Shown piece after piece: positions 8,316-17,527 of a stretch of 60,158 bases of DNA. The DNA lies in assembly GCA_050300835.1 (NCBI GenBank), contig JBNKYJ010000145.1, forward strand, positions 1 to 60,158, in the 5' to 3' direction. This DNA is from Sedimenticolaceae bacterium. Lineage in GTDB: Bacteria; Pseudomonadota; Gammaproteobacteria; Chromatiales; Chromatiaceae. The position numbers and the translations under genes were made by a program. The first letter of the stretch is position 1, and each line of letters begins with the position of its first letter. The notes beneath the pieces were generated by a model. It did not search any database and was not told the DNA's origin. It saw nothing but the letters and a program-made list of their open reading frames with translations.

Positions 8316-10496
8316 TTACTGGAACAGCCACTTCACACCCACCTGAAAGTTAGAGGAGTCTTTGAACTGCCCGAAGGTGGTGTTCTCGTCACCCCAGTAA
8401 CTGTTCAATTCAGCAGAACCGATAACGGTATCGGAGAAGCTGTACTCAACATCGAAACGATTCCATTTGCCGCCGCCCTCTTCGTAGATGAAGATGTTGT
8501 TCCAGCGATGTTCCTGCGACGCACCGAAGGGCTTGGAGAAGAAGAGTGAGTAGAACTCCTTGTTCTCGTAGCCCTGGTTCAGGCCGTTACCCATGCTCAG
8601 GGTTGGGAAGTCGCCCGTGTAGCGAGAACAGTCGATGGTGAACGCAGTGCTCTGAGTGATACAACTGTCTTTTTCGTCAATGTAATCCAGGTTCATGTAT
8701 TGAATGAACTGACCACTGATGAGCAGGTTGGTCGCCACCGTGATATCGGCGCCGAGCACATACTTGAAGTAGTCGGCATCCTCCATCTTCAGCGAGTTGG
8801 TCAGATCACCGATTGCCAGCAGGAACTTATCGATAACCGGTTGCTTGTCGCCCCTGTCATAGAGGAACTCGCCCCTCAGCACCAGCGGGATATCCATCAT
8901 CGACGTGCCGTAGTCAAAGGAGGCGCCCAGACTGTTCACCCGATGTAGGGACTCGGTGAACCGCAACGTGGGTGCGCCCATTCCCGGGGTCCCCGCCGGG
9001 GTCACGGTACCGTAGTAGTTGTTACTGCTGTCATGCACGAGAATGGTGGTGGGATTGCCAAGATCCCAGTTAGTGCGCGCCTGATCTCGGGTCAGGCTTA
9101 CACTGGTGTCCGGCACGCCGAAAGTACCCGCAACAGGCGTGGTTGGCGCACGCTGCACCGTCAACTCATTGCCGCTGGCATCGACATAGCTGAGATTGAT
9201 ATCCGGATTGGCACTGTAGTGGTAGAAGTAGTTCAGCGACCAGTTCAGACCGGCATCCGTAGTATTCTTGAAGCGGAAACCGGCATTGACATCGCTGTCA
9301 TCCGGGTAGTCTCTCACCCATTCCGATTGCATGCCGGTCAAACCGGTAGGGGCGGTCGCCGAGGGGCCGGTAAAGGTATTGAAGGTCGCGAAGGTCGCCA
9401 TCGGCATCAGCTCGAACGCCGATGTGGCATTGGCGGGATCCCAACTCGTGACGGTGGGGTCGGCGCCAGGGAAGCCTATGATAGTCGGCGCCAGAGCCGT
9501 TACCGGCATCAGGTTGGTTACGGCGAAGTTACCATTGGTATCATTGGGTACGGTAAAACCCGTGAAGCCGAACTGGGCAAAATGGTTCAGCAGCGCATAG
9601 CCGTAGTAGTTGAATGGATCAGCCAGGCTGGGTGCACCCGCACCTGGCGCGATGAAAGGCGTGGCTGTTCCCAGGGCGGTGATATCCCAGGGACCACTGG
9701 CGAAGCCGTCCACCGTGAGTCCGGCAAAACCGTTGAGGCCGATCGGAGAGGCGACACCGCCCAGCAGGCCGGCAAAAGCCGCGCCGTTGAAGGTCGCCGC
9801 CACGTTACTCAAGGCGGGCGCCACGTTGAAGAAACCGTTCACACCGCCCGAGATGGTCTCCACACCTTTCATCATAAAGGGCTGCCCTGATTCGTCTTCA
9901 GGCGTCAGACCCGGTATCTTGTTCTCCTCCACCTGGGAGACGATGAACTGGACGTTGCTGCTGTCTCCGATGTTACGCTCCGCGTTGATCATCCAGATCG
10001 GGATGCGGGAGTCTTCCATGGAGTTCTGATTCAATTCGCGATAGTCGGTCGGGTTGATGATGTCGAGCAGCTTGATGCCGTCCGCAGTGCCCCACACCAC
10101 CTGCTGTTTACCCAGACGCAGTGACCAGTCACCCACGTAGGTGTCGACGTACAGCTCTCTCAGATAGTCATTCTGGGTATAGAGCTTATGCCCCTTGTAG
10201 TCGTCCGTGACGCCTTCGGAGTTGTAGATGAGGTTGAGATCGGCATGCCAGCTGCTCTGCTCACCGAAGTAGCCGTTCATGAAAATCCGGGCGGAGTTTT
10301 CGAACTTCATCAGATCACCACTCTCGTGACCCTCCGTGTCGAGCATGGATTTCGCTTCACCCGTCACTTGGCCGTCCTTGGTGAAGACGGCGGTTTCATT
10401 CTTCAGATATCCGGATATCTCAACCTCGGCAACGGCCACACTGGGTAACACCAATGCAAGCAGCATCGACTGGTAGATTTTACTGCGTTTGAACAT
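8316..10496 (-). CDS. Outer-membrane beta-barrel protein, DUF1302-like
   Basis: Signal peptide; LRELYVD..LRLGKQQVVWGTADGIKLLDIINPTD; TTFGQFKDSSNFQVGVKWLF beta-signal; SD GGGAGG before the ATG at 10496. Confidence 0.8.
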   Translation of the reverse strand: MFKRSKIYQSMLLALVLPSVAVAEVEISGYLKNETAVFTKDGQVTGEAKSMLDTEGHESGDLMKFENSARIFMNGYFGEQSSWHADLNLIYNSEGVTDDYKGHKLYTQNDYLRELYVDTYVGDWSLRLGKQQVVWGTADGIKLLDIINPTDYRELNQNSMEDSRIPIWMINAERNIGDSSNVQFIVSQVEENKIPGLTPEDESGQPFMMKGVETISGGVNGFFNVAPALSNVAATFNGAAFAGLLGGVASPIGLNGFAGLTVDGFASGPWDITALGTATPFIAPGAGAPSLADPFNYYGYALLNHFAQFGFTGFTVPNDTNGNFAVTNLMPVTALAPTIIGFPGADPTVTSWDPANATSAFELMPMATFATFNTFTGPSATAPTGLTGMQSEWVRDYPDDSDVNAGFRFKNTTDAGLNWSLNYFYHYSANPDINLSYVDASGNELTVQRAPTTPVAGTFGVPDTSVSLTRDQARTNWDLGNPTTILVHDSSNNYYGTVTPAGTPGMGAPTLRFTESLHRVNSLGASFDYGTSMMDIPLVLRGEFLYDRGDKQPVIDKFLLAIGDLTNSLKMEDADYFKYVLGADITVATNLLISGQFIQYMNLDYIDEKDSCITQSTAFTIDCSRYTGDFPTLSMGNGLNQGYENKEFYSLFFSKPFGASQEHRWNNIFIYEEGGGKWNRFDVEYSFSDTVIGSAELNSYWGDENTTFGQFKDSSNFQVGVKWLFQ

Positions 10497-10606
10497 CAAA
10501 GATTCCTCCCAGATTCAGCGAGCACCAACCTGTTCTGGTTGTGTGAGTTGGCCTCGATGAGGTGTGGTGCCACCATTGGCGGTGGCTGAATGTAAATTTA
10601 TTTTTT

Positions 10607-10632
10607 CGGGAACGCCCCTATGGGCGTCCCCG
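10607..10632 (-). other. GC-rich stem-loop immediately after the LolA-like gene (no U-tract; possible mRNA stabiliser)
   Basis: GGGGACGCCC-ATAG-GGGCGTTCCC on the minus strand, followed by an A-run. Confidence 0.45.
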
Positions 10633-10639
10633 CTTATGA

Positions 10640-11617
10640 TCAGCGTTTGATTTTTCTCAAGGTGGCCTCGGACCAGAAATCGCTATCCCAGCCCTGGTTG
10701 TACTGCACGATCTCTTTCGGGATTACGGCCCAGGTCTCATGGCCGGTGTCGAAGGTCTTGCCATACCAGTAACCCCAGTACTGGGCACGCGGATCTTCCA
10801 TATCCAGGCTCCTCCAATCACGATCGATCACCTTGATCTGCTTGTCCCCTTTGAAATATTCGGTGCGATAGTCGGCGAAAGTCTTGGCGTCGACATAGCT
10901 GATGCGATAGTCGTACCACCAGTTCTCACGCTTGGTGGTGCTCTTCAGCTTGTAGACCTCTTTGCCTTTGTGATCACAGGCCGGATCAGGCGGATTGGGG
11001 AGATACTTGTTCTTCGCCTCTTCCTTGCTGATACCGCCCAGACAGTCGTTGAAGGTCTCGGTGCCGAGCAGCTCGTGGGTTTCGTCCTTGGGTTTGCGCA
11101 GGGTCACGTCACCGAAGGTGAAGTCGGTACCGCCCCAGGCATCGTCGTGTGCCGGTTCGGCGAAACGACGGATCTTGCGCAGCGCCGGCAGCCAGATGGA
11201 GTAGGATTGGCTCTTGTTGTCGTCCAGGAAGTCGGTGATCAGCATACCCGTACCCTGCAGCTTACCGGAACGGAAGATGGCGATATCCTGCGCGTTGGTC
11301 GAGCCGTCGCTGTAGTCGTTGTTCAGGTAGCGTTCGACAGTGATGGTGGTCGGGGTGCTGTCGGCGGACTTGTTGACGAGGACGGTGATCTTGCCGGGTA
11401 CCGCCCGGTTACTGCGCTTCGGATCTTTGTTGTCGTTGGTGATACCGTAGTTTTTCAGCGCGTAGAAGTGGTTTACGAAGTAGACCTGATCCGCGATCTC
11501 GTTTGCGCTGGGTTTACCGGAGGGTAGCGGCAAATCCTTGGCTACACCGGCCATGGCACTGCTGGAAACGACCAAACCCACTGCCGCAGCTGCGGATAAA
11601 TACTTATGCGCCTGCAT
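10640..11617 (-). CDS. Outer membrane lipoprotein-sorting protein (LolA-like/DUF1329-related), secreted
   Basis: Signal peptide; GTGMLI...IWLPALRKIRRF...DAWGGTDFTFGDV; FWSEATLRK end; SD GAGGAGG. Confidence 0.8.
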   Translation of the reverse strand: MQAHKYLSAAAAVGLVVSSSAMAGVAKDLPLPSGKPSANEIADQVYFVNHFYALKNYGITNDNKDPKRSNRAVPGKITVLVNKSADSTPTTITVERYLNNDYSDGSTNAQDIAIFRSGKLQGTGMLITDFLDDNKSQSYSIWLPALRKIRRFAEPAHDDAWGGTDFTFGDVTLRKPKDETHELLGTETFNDCLGGISKEEAKNKYLPNPPDPACDHKGKEVYKLKSTTKRENWWYDYRISYVDAKTFADYRTEYFKGDKQIKVIDRDWRSLDMEDPRAQYWGYWYGKTFDTGHETWAVIPKEIVQYNQGWDSDFWSEATLRKIKR

Positions 11618-11967
11618 GAAAGATCCTCCTCATCGGGGCGTCCCAGAGCAGGGAAACCACCTATATATTATTGAATTAAGCTTTTCTAATGAGTCACTTA
11701 CAGTAAGTGCTTTTACATTAATAACAGACTGACGGCACGTTTAGCAATCAGGGTTAACCTTAATCGTCGCTAAATCTTTTTATGCCATGTTCAGTATTCA
11801 ATATATGCAAAGTCACTTCGGCGGTTCAGTCCCTAAATACTGAGACGCAAGCCCGATCAGGGCGAGCACTAAGCCCTGAAATTGAATCCCGAGGAGACGA
11901 ATAAACTTGAATTTAACTCTTTGATATAACAAAATTTCCGATTAATCCGCCTTGAATGCCCTTTGCG

Positions 11968-13236
11968 ATGACCATACTGACCCTGGGACTCAACCACAAA
12001 ACCGCGCCCGTCGACATCCGGGAAAGGGTGACCTTTGGCCCGGATATCATCGCCGGCGCCCTGCGCAGCCTCAAGGAGCATCCGGCGGTACAGGAAGCGG
12101 TCATCCTCTCGACCTGCAACCGCACCGAGGTCTACTGCTGTCTGAACGAGGATGATCATGAACCCCTGGCCGACTGGCTGGGCAAGTTCCACGGCCTTGA
12201 CAGCGACCGACTGTCCCCCTATCTCTACAGCCATTTCGGCGCCGACGCCGTTCAGCATCTGCTGCGCGTCTCCTGCGGACTCGACTCGCTGGTACTCGGC
12301 GAGCCCCAGATCCTGGGCCAGGTGAAGACCGCCTTTCAGATCGCCACCGATGCCAGTGCCACAGGCAAGTTGCTGAGTAGACTCTTTCAGCACGCCTTCT
12401 CCGCCGCCAAGCAGATCCGCACCGATACCGCCATCGGCAACAGTCCGGTCTCGGTCGCCTTCGCCGCCGTCAGCCTGGCGAAGCAGATCTTCAGCGACCT
12501 CTCCGAGCAGACCGCGCTGCTGATCGGCGCCGGCGAGACCATCGAGCTGGCCGCCCGCCACCTGAGCCAGAACGGCATCGGACGGGTCATCGTCGCCAAT
12601 CGAACCGTGGAAAAGGCCCATACCCTGGCCTCCCAGCTCGACGGCTTCGCCATCGCCCTGACCGAGCTCAGCAGCCATCTGGCCGAGGCGGATATCGTCA
12701 TCTCCTCTACCGCCAGCCCGCTGCCCGTACTCGGCAAAGGCACGGTGGAGAGCGCCCTCAAGGAGCGTCGGCACCGCCCCATCTTCATGGTCGACATCGC
12801 GGTACCGCGCGACATCGAGCCGGAGGTGGCCGATCTCAGCGACATCTACCTCTATACCGTCGACGACCTGGACGAGGTGATCCAGGAGAACATGCGCTCC
12901 CGCGAAGAGGCCGCCGAGCAGGCGGAGGAGATCATCGAACACTATGTGGGAGAGTATCTCGGCTGGTTGCGCTCGCTCGATGCGGTGGAACTGATCCAAG
13001 ATTTCCGCTCCTATGCCGAACGCCTGCGCGACGAGGTCATCCAAAAGGCAATGCAGCAGCTCAACAAGGGCAAGTCCCCGGAAGAGGTGTTGCAGTTCAT
13101 GGGCCACACCCTGACCAACAAGCTCCTGCACACCCCCAGCGCCCAGCTGCGGCAGGCCGGATTCAACGGTCAGATCGAGCTGCTGGAAGCCGCCAACACC
13201 CTGTTTCAGCTCAAGAAATTCGACAATAATTCATGA
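11968..13236 (+). CDS. hemA: Glutamyl-tRNA reductase
   Basis: [51 protein letters not shown]. Confidence 0.97.
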   Translation: MTILTLGLNHKTAPVDIRERVTFGPDIIAGALRSLKEHPAVQEAVILSTCNRTEVYCCLNEDDHEPLADWLGKFHGLDSDRLSPYLYSHFGADAVQHLLRVSCGLDSLVLGEPQILGQVKTAFQIATDASATGKLLSRLFQHAFSAAKQIRTDTAIGNSPVSVAFAAVSLAKQIFSDLSEQTALLIGAGETIELAARHLSQNGIGRVIVANRTVEKAHTLASQLDGFAIALTELSSHLAEADIVISSTASPLPVLGKGTVESALKERRHRPIFMVDIAVPRDIEPEVADLSDIYLYTVDDLDEVIQENMRSREEAAEQAEEIIEHYVGEYLGWLRSLDAVELIQDFRSYAERLRDEVIQKAMQQLNKGKSPEEVLQFMGHTLTNKLLHTPSAQLRQAGFNGQIELLEAANTLFQLKKFDNNS

Positions 13237-14312
13237 AGCCCTCACTCCGCGGCAAGCTGGAACAGATCGCCGAGCGCTTCGAAGAGATCACCGCCCTCCT
13301 CGCCGATCCCGAAATTCAGAGTGATCAACGGCAATTTCGCGCGCTGTCGCAGGAGTATGCGCAACTGGAACCGGTGGTGGCGGCCTTTCGGCGCTACGCC
13401 GCCAGCGAAGACGATATCGCCTCGGCGCAGGAACTGCTGTCCGATCCCGAGATGGCCCCGCTGGCCCGCGAGGAGCTGGCGACGGCAGAGTCATTGAAAG
13501 CCGAGCTGGAGCCGGAACTGCAGCTGCTGCTGATCCCACCCGACCCCAATGACCAGCGCAACATCTTCCTCGAGATCCGCGCCGGCACCGGCGGCGCCGA
13601 GGCGGCGCTGTTCGCCAGCGATCTCTACCGCATGTACCTGCGCTACGCCGAGGCACACCACTGGCAGACCGAAACCATCAGCGAAAGCCCGGGCGAGCAT
13701 GGCGGTTACAAGGAGGTGGTCTGCCGTATCAGCGGCAACGCCGTCTACTCCCGGCTCAAGTTCGAGTCGGGCACCCACCGGGTGCAGCGGGTGCCGGAGA
13801 CCGAATCCCAGGGCCGCATCCACACCTCCGCCTGCACCGTCGCCATCCTGCCGGAAGCGGAAGCGGTGGACGAGGTCGAGATCAACCCCAATGAGCTGCG
13901 CATCGACACCTTCCGCGCCTCCGGTGCCGGTGGCCAGCACGTCAACAAGACCGACTCGGCGGTGCGCATCACCCACCTGGCGAGCGGCATCGTGGTGGAG
14001 TGCCAGGACGAACGCTCCCAGCACAAGAACAAGGCCCGTGCCCTGTCGCTGCTACAGGCGAAACTGCTGTCCCAGGCCCAGGAGGCGATCACCAGCGCCC
14101 AGGCCAGCTCGCGTAAGCTGCAGGTCGGCAGCGGCGACCGCTCCGAACGCATCCGCACCTACAACTTCCCGCAGAACCGGCTCACCGATCACCGCATCAA
14201 TCTCACCCTCTACAAGCTGGACGAGATCATGCAGGGCGAGCTGGACCAGGTGATCGAACCCCTGCTGCGCGAACATCAGATCGAAGAGTTGGCGGCCATG
14301 GGCGAGGCCTGA
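13233..14312 (+). CDS. prfA: Peptide chain release factor 1
   Basis: [18 protein letters not shown] (PxT), [17 protein letters not shown]; follows hemA. Confidence 0.97.
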   Translation: MKPSLRGKLEQIAERFEEITALLADPEIQSDQRQFRALSQEYAQLEPVVAAFRRYAASEDDIASAQELLSDPEMAPLAREELATAESLKAELEPELQLLLIPPDPNDQRNIFLEIRAGTGGAEAALFASDLYRMYLRYAEAHHWQTETISESPGEHGGYKEVVCRISGNAVYSRLKFESGTHRVQRVPETESQGRIHTSACTVAILPEAEAVDEVEINPNELRIDTFRASGAGGQHVNKTDSAVRITHLASGIVVECQDERSQHKNKARALSLLQAKLLSQAQEAITSAQASSRKLQVGSGDRSERIRTYNFPQNRLTDHRINLTLYKLDEIMQGELDQVIEPLLREHQIEELAAMGEA

Positions 14313-14329
14313 TCGAGGCGTCTCCCTCA

Positions 14330-15193
14330 ATGACCTCGACGCCAAGCTATCGCCAAGCGCAGCGGGATGCCGCGGAGCAGCTGTCCAGCCTTCCCCACGC
14401 CACGCCCGAACTGGAAGCGGCGCTGCTGCTCTGTCATCTGCTCGGGCAACCGCGCAGCCACCTCTTCGCCTGGCCGGAAAAGCGCCTGACCACCGCCCAG
14501 CAGGAGGCCTACCAAGGCCTTGTCCAGCGGCGTCTTGCGGGTGAACCCATCGCCCACATCACCGGCGAGCGGGAGTTCTGGTCACTCTCCCTGCAGGTCA
14601 CCCCCGACACCCTGATCCCCCGCCCCGAGACGGAACTGCTGGTGGAAAGGGCCCTGAGCCATCTGGCAGCGTTGAAAACACCCCGTATTGCCGACCTCGG
14701 CACCGGCAGCGGCGCCATCGCCCTGGCCCTGGCCAGCGAACGCCCGGAGGCGCTGATACATGCCAGCGAGCAGTCTCCCGCCGCGCTCGCCGTGGCGCGC
14801 GAGAATGCGCGACAGCACCGGCTGACCAATATCGACTTCTTCCTCGGCAGCTGGTGCCAGGCCCTGCCCGCCGGTCAGATCTATGACCTGATCGTCAGCA
14901 ATCCCCCTTATATCGAAGCGGCCGATCCCCATCTGGATCGGGGCGATCTGCCACGGGAGCCCCGCGACGCCCTGGTCTCCGGCAGCGACGGTTTGGGGGC
15001 GATTCGCGAAATTGCGGCGGCCGCCCCGGCGCGTCTCGCGAAAGCGGGCTGGTTGCTGCTGGAGCACGGCCACACTCAGGGCGAGGCGGTACGACAGATC
15101 CTGTCGCAGCGGGGCTTCAGTCAGATCGAAACACTTTCCGACCTGGCCGGCCGACCCAGGTTGACGGAAGGGGTTACAACCTCTGCATCCTAG
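14330..15193 (+). CDS. prmC: Release factor glutamine methyltransferase
   Basis: LIPRPETE, DLGTGSGAIA, SNPPY; hemA-prfA-prmC synteny. Confidence 0.96.
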   Translation: MTSTPSYRQAQRDAAEQLSSLPHATPELEAALLLCHLLGQPRSHLFAWPEKRLTTAQQEAYQGLVQRRLAGEPIAHITGEREFWSLSLQVTPDTLIPRPETELLVERALSHLAALKTPRIADLGTGSGAIALALASERPEALIHASEQSPAALAVARENARQHRLTNIDFFLGSWCQALPAGQIYDLIVSNPPYIEAADPHLDRGDLPREPRDALVSGSDGLGAIREIAAAAPARLAKAGWLLLEHGHTQGEAVRQILSQRGFSQIETLSDLAGRPRLTEGVTTSAS

Positions 15194-15241
15194 CCACGCC
15201 CCGTCTTGATTATTTCCCCACTTTCACTAGGATTGGGAGCT

Positions 15242-15652
15242 ATGGGTGAAACCCCCCACGACTTGGTGAAGCACCGGGACATTCACTTCGTCGAACTCCA
15301 CCCGGACCCCAACCAGGCTGAGACTGCGGCCCAGCTACTCTCTGAAGTCGAGGGGATAGTCGGCATCGAACAGCGCTCACCGATACACATACGCGTCAGC
15401 TACCAGCTCATGGCGATCACCCTGGAACAGATCGAACGCGGCCTCACCACCATGGGCCTGCATATCGACAACCGGCTCCTCTATCGCCTCATGCGAGCGC
15501 TCTACTACTATACGGAAGAGACCGAACGGGCTAATCTGGGCTGCTCCAGGACCGACTCCAAATGCACCCGTCAGATCTTCGCCGACCACTATCAGCGTCA
15601 GAACCACGCGCTTCGCGACCAGCGCCCGGAGCACTGGCGCAAATATCTCTGA
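15242..15652 (+). CDS. Hypothetical protein (N-terminal part resembles a ferredoxin-like/HMA-type fold)
   Basis: SD GGGAG + ATG 15242; fills the prmC-moeB gap; LLSEVEGI..I.VSY.L..ITLEQIE..L pattern; C-terminal RPEHWRKYL. Confidence 0.7.
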   Translation: MGETPHDLVKHRDIHFVELHPDPNQAETAAQLLSEVEGIVGIEQRSPIHIRVSYQLMAITLEQIERGLTTMGLHIDNRLLYRLMRALYYYTEETERANLGCSRTDSKCTRQIFADHYQRQNHALRDQRPEHWRKYL

Positions 15653-15681
15653 CCAGGGCCCGTTCTTGATTCTGCACCCCA

Positions 15682-16428
15682 ATGGATGACGAACAGCTGC
15701 TGAGATACAGCCGCCAGATCATGCTGCCCTCGATCGGCATCGAGGGGCAGGAACGGCTGCGGGACGCCCGGGCGCTGATCATCGGCATGGGAGGGCTCGG
15801 CTCCCCCGTCGCCATGTACCTGGCGGCAGCCGGCGTCGGCACCCTGGTGCTGGTCGACTTCGACCGTGTCGACCTGACCAACCTGCAACGACAGATCGTC
15901 CACACCACCGACCGTATCGGCCAGCCGAAGGTCGATTCCGCCCGCGAAACCCTGCTCGCACTCAATCCCGAGACACGGATTCTGACCATCGACCAGGCGC
16001 TGGAGGGTGACGCCCTGTCGCAACAGGTGGCACTGGCCGACGTGGTGATCGAAGGCAGCGACAACTTCGCCACCCGCTTCGCCGTGAATGCCGCCTGCCG
16101 CGCAAACCGCACCCCGCTGGTCTCCGGTGCCGCGATCCGCATGGAGGGTCAGGTGAGCGTCTTCAGCGGCCAACCGGGCAGCCCCTGCTACCACTGCCTC
16201 TACCCCGGCGAAGGCCAGCTGGATGAAACCTGCTCGGCCAACGGCGTACTGGCGCCGGTGGTGGGCGTCATCGGCAGTATTCAGGCCATCGAAGCCATCA
16301 AGTTGCTGACCGACGCCGGCGAGCCGCTGGTCGGCCGACTTTTACTTTTCGACGCCCTGCAGATGGAGTGGCGCAGCGTCAAGCTGAAACCCGATCCCGC
16401 CTGTCCGGTATGCGGCGGGGATCAATGA
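15682..16428 (+). CDS. moeB: Molybdopterin-synthase adenylyltransferase (MoeB/ThiF family)
   Basis: RYSRQI, IGMGGLG, DFDRVDLTNLQRQ, CYHC and CPVC zinc motifs. Confidence 0.9.
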   Translation: MDDEQLLRYSRQIMLPSIGIEGQERLRDARALIIGMGGLGSPVAMYLAAAGVGTLVLVDFDRVDLTNLQRQIVHTTDRIGQPKVDSARETLLALNPETRILTIDQALEGDALSQQVALADVVIEGSDNFATRFAVNAACRANRTPLVSGAAIRMEGQVSVFSGQPGSPCYHCLYPGEGQLDETCSANGVLAPVVGVIGSIQAIEAIKLLTDAGEPLVGRLLLFDALQMEWRSVKLKPDPACPVCGGDQ

Positions 16429-17024
16429 GCCGGTACCGCTTCGAAAATCTCATCTGCCCGCTGACGCTCAGCCTCATCTGCATAGTCCTGAATCAACTTC
16501 CCGTGAGCTGGCAACGGGTTCTGCAATACCAGCGCGAGGCCATTCTGTCCGGTGAACTCTGGCGCCTGGTCAGTGGGCACCTGGTACACCTGAATGCACC
16601 TCATCTGCTCATGAATCTGCTGGGACTCTGGCTCATCTGGCTGCTCTTTTTGAGCCGGGAATCCTCCGGCATCCTCTGTTTCTATCGCTTACCCGTGCTA
16701 CTCATCGGTACCGCGCTGACACTCCTGGCCCTGAATCCTGAAGTGACCTGGTATCGTGGTCTCTCCGGTGCCCTGCACGGTCTGCTGGCACTGGGATTGC
16801 TGCGTCAATGCGAAAGCCAACGACTCACTGGCGGCGTGTTATTGCTGCTGTTCATAGCCAAAATCGGGTGGGAACAGTCCATCGGGGCGATACCGGGAAG
16901 CGAAGCCTGGATTTCCGGCCAGGTGATTGTCGATTCACATCTTTACGGGGCGATCTGGGGCGGCTTAATATGGCTCCTGGATCGCAGCCGCCACCATTTC
17001 AAGAATCAAGAGGTCGCCGGGTGA
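16425..17024 (+). CDS. rrtA: Rhombosortase (rhomboid-family protease)
   Basis: YQREAILSGELWRLVSGHLVHLNAPHLLMN, YRGLSGALHG, VIVDSHLYGA. Confidence 0.85.
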   Translation: MSRYRFENLICPLTLSLICIVLNQLPVSWQRVLQYQREAILSGELWRLVSGHLVHLNAPHLLMNLLGLWLIWLLFLSRESSGILCFYRLPVLLIGTALTLLALNPEVTWYRGLSGALHGLLALGLLRQCESQRLTGGVLLLLFIAKIGWEQSIGAIPGSEAWISGQVIVDSHLYGAIWGGLIWLLDRSRHHFKNQEVAG

Positions 17025-17410
17025 AGAAGCTCCTCCCATCACTACTCTGTTTGCTGTTGTTAACTGCCTGCCAGGAGGGGACCACTGTCGACATGAGCCA
17101 AGTCACACCGGAAGAGCAGAGCGCGGTCGAGTCGTTGCTCTGGCTGCAGAAGGCGGATGCCGCCAAAGACGCCCGACTCGGCCTGGAGCGCGGGGACAAG
17201 CGGTTGCTGGCGATGGCCACTCGCGGCAGCCACCTGCCGGGAGTTGCCCCTGAACTGGCATCAAAGGCCAAGAGCGTGTGCGGTGTGCGCTACCTGCCCG
17301 GTTCGACCGACACGGTCATGGGACAGACCCACCTCAAACTGCTGCAGGCGGCGGAGGGGTACGCTGCCGACTACAACCGGATCATGATCGAGCACTGCCT
17401 GCCCCGGTAG
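17021..17410 (+). CDS. Hypothetical lipoprotein
   Basis: GTG start overlapping the rrtA stop; lipobox LTAC; two further Cys. Confidence 0.7.
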   Translation: MKKLLPSLLCLLLLTACQEGTTVDMSQVTPEEQSAVESLLWLQKADAAKDARLGLERGDKRLLAMATRGSHLPGVAPELASKAKSVCGVRYLPGSTDTVMGQTHLKLLQAAEGYAADYNRIMIEHCLPR

Positions 17411-17527
17411 CCGCAACGCCGAAATCCGGCGGCGGAACGCTGAGCACCGATAGGGAAGCATCAAGCCTGTTTCAGCTGGTAGCCGGGCTCAGGTCAAAGG
17501 ATCACAACACCCTTGATGACGGCGGAT

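Noticed and set aside
10622-11644. GGGCGTCCC repeated either side of the LolA-like gene
   Set aside because: A 9-bp GC-rich match is expected by chance in this composition.
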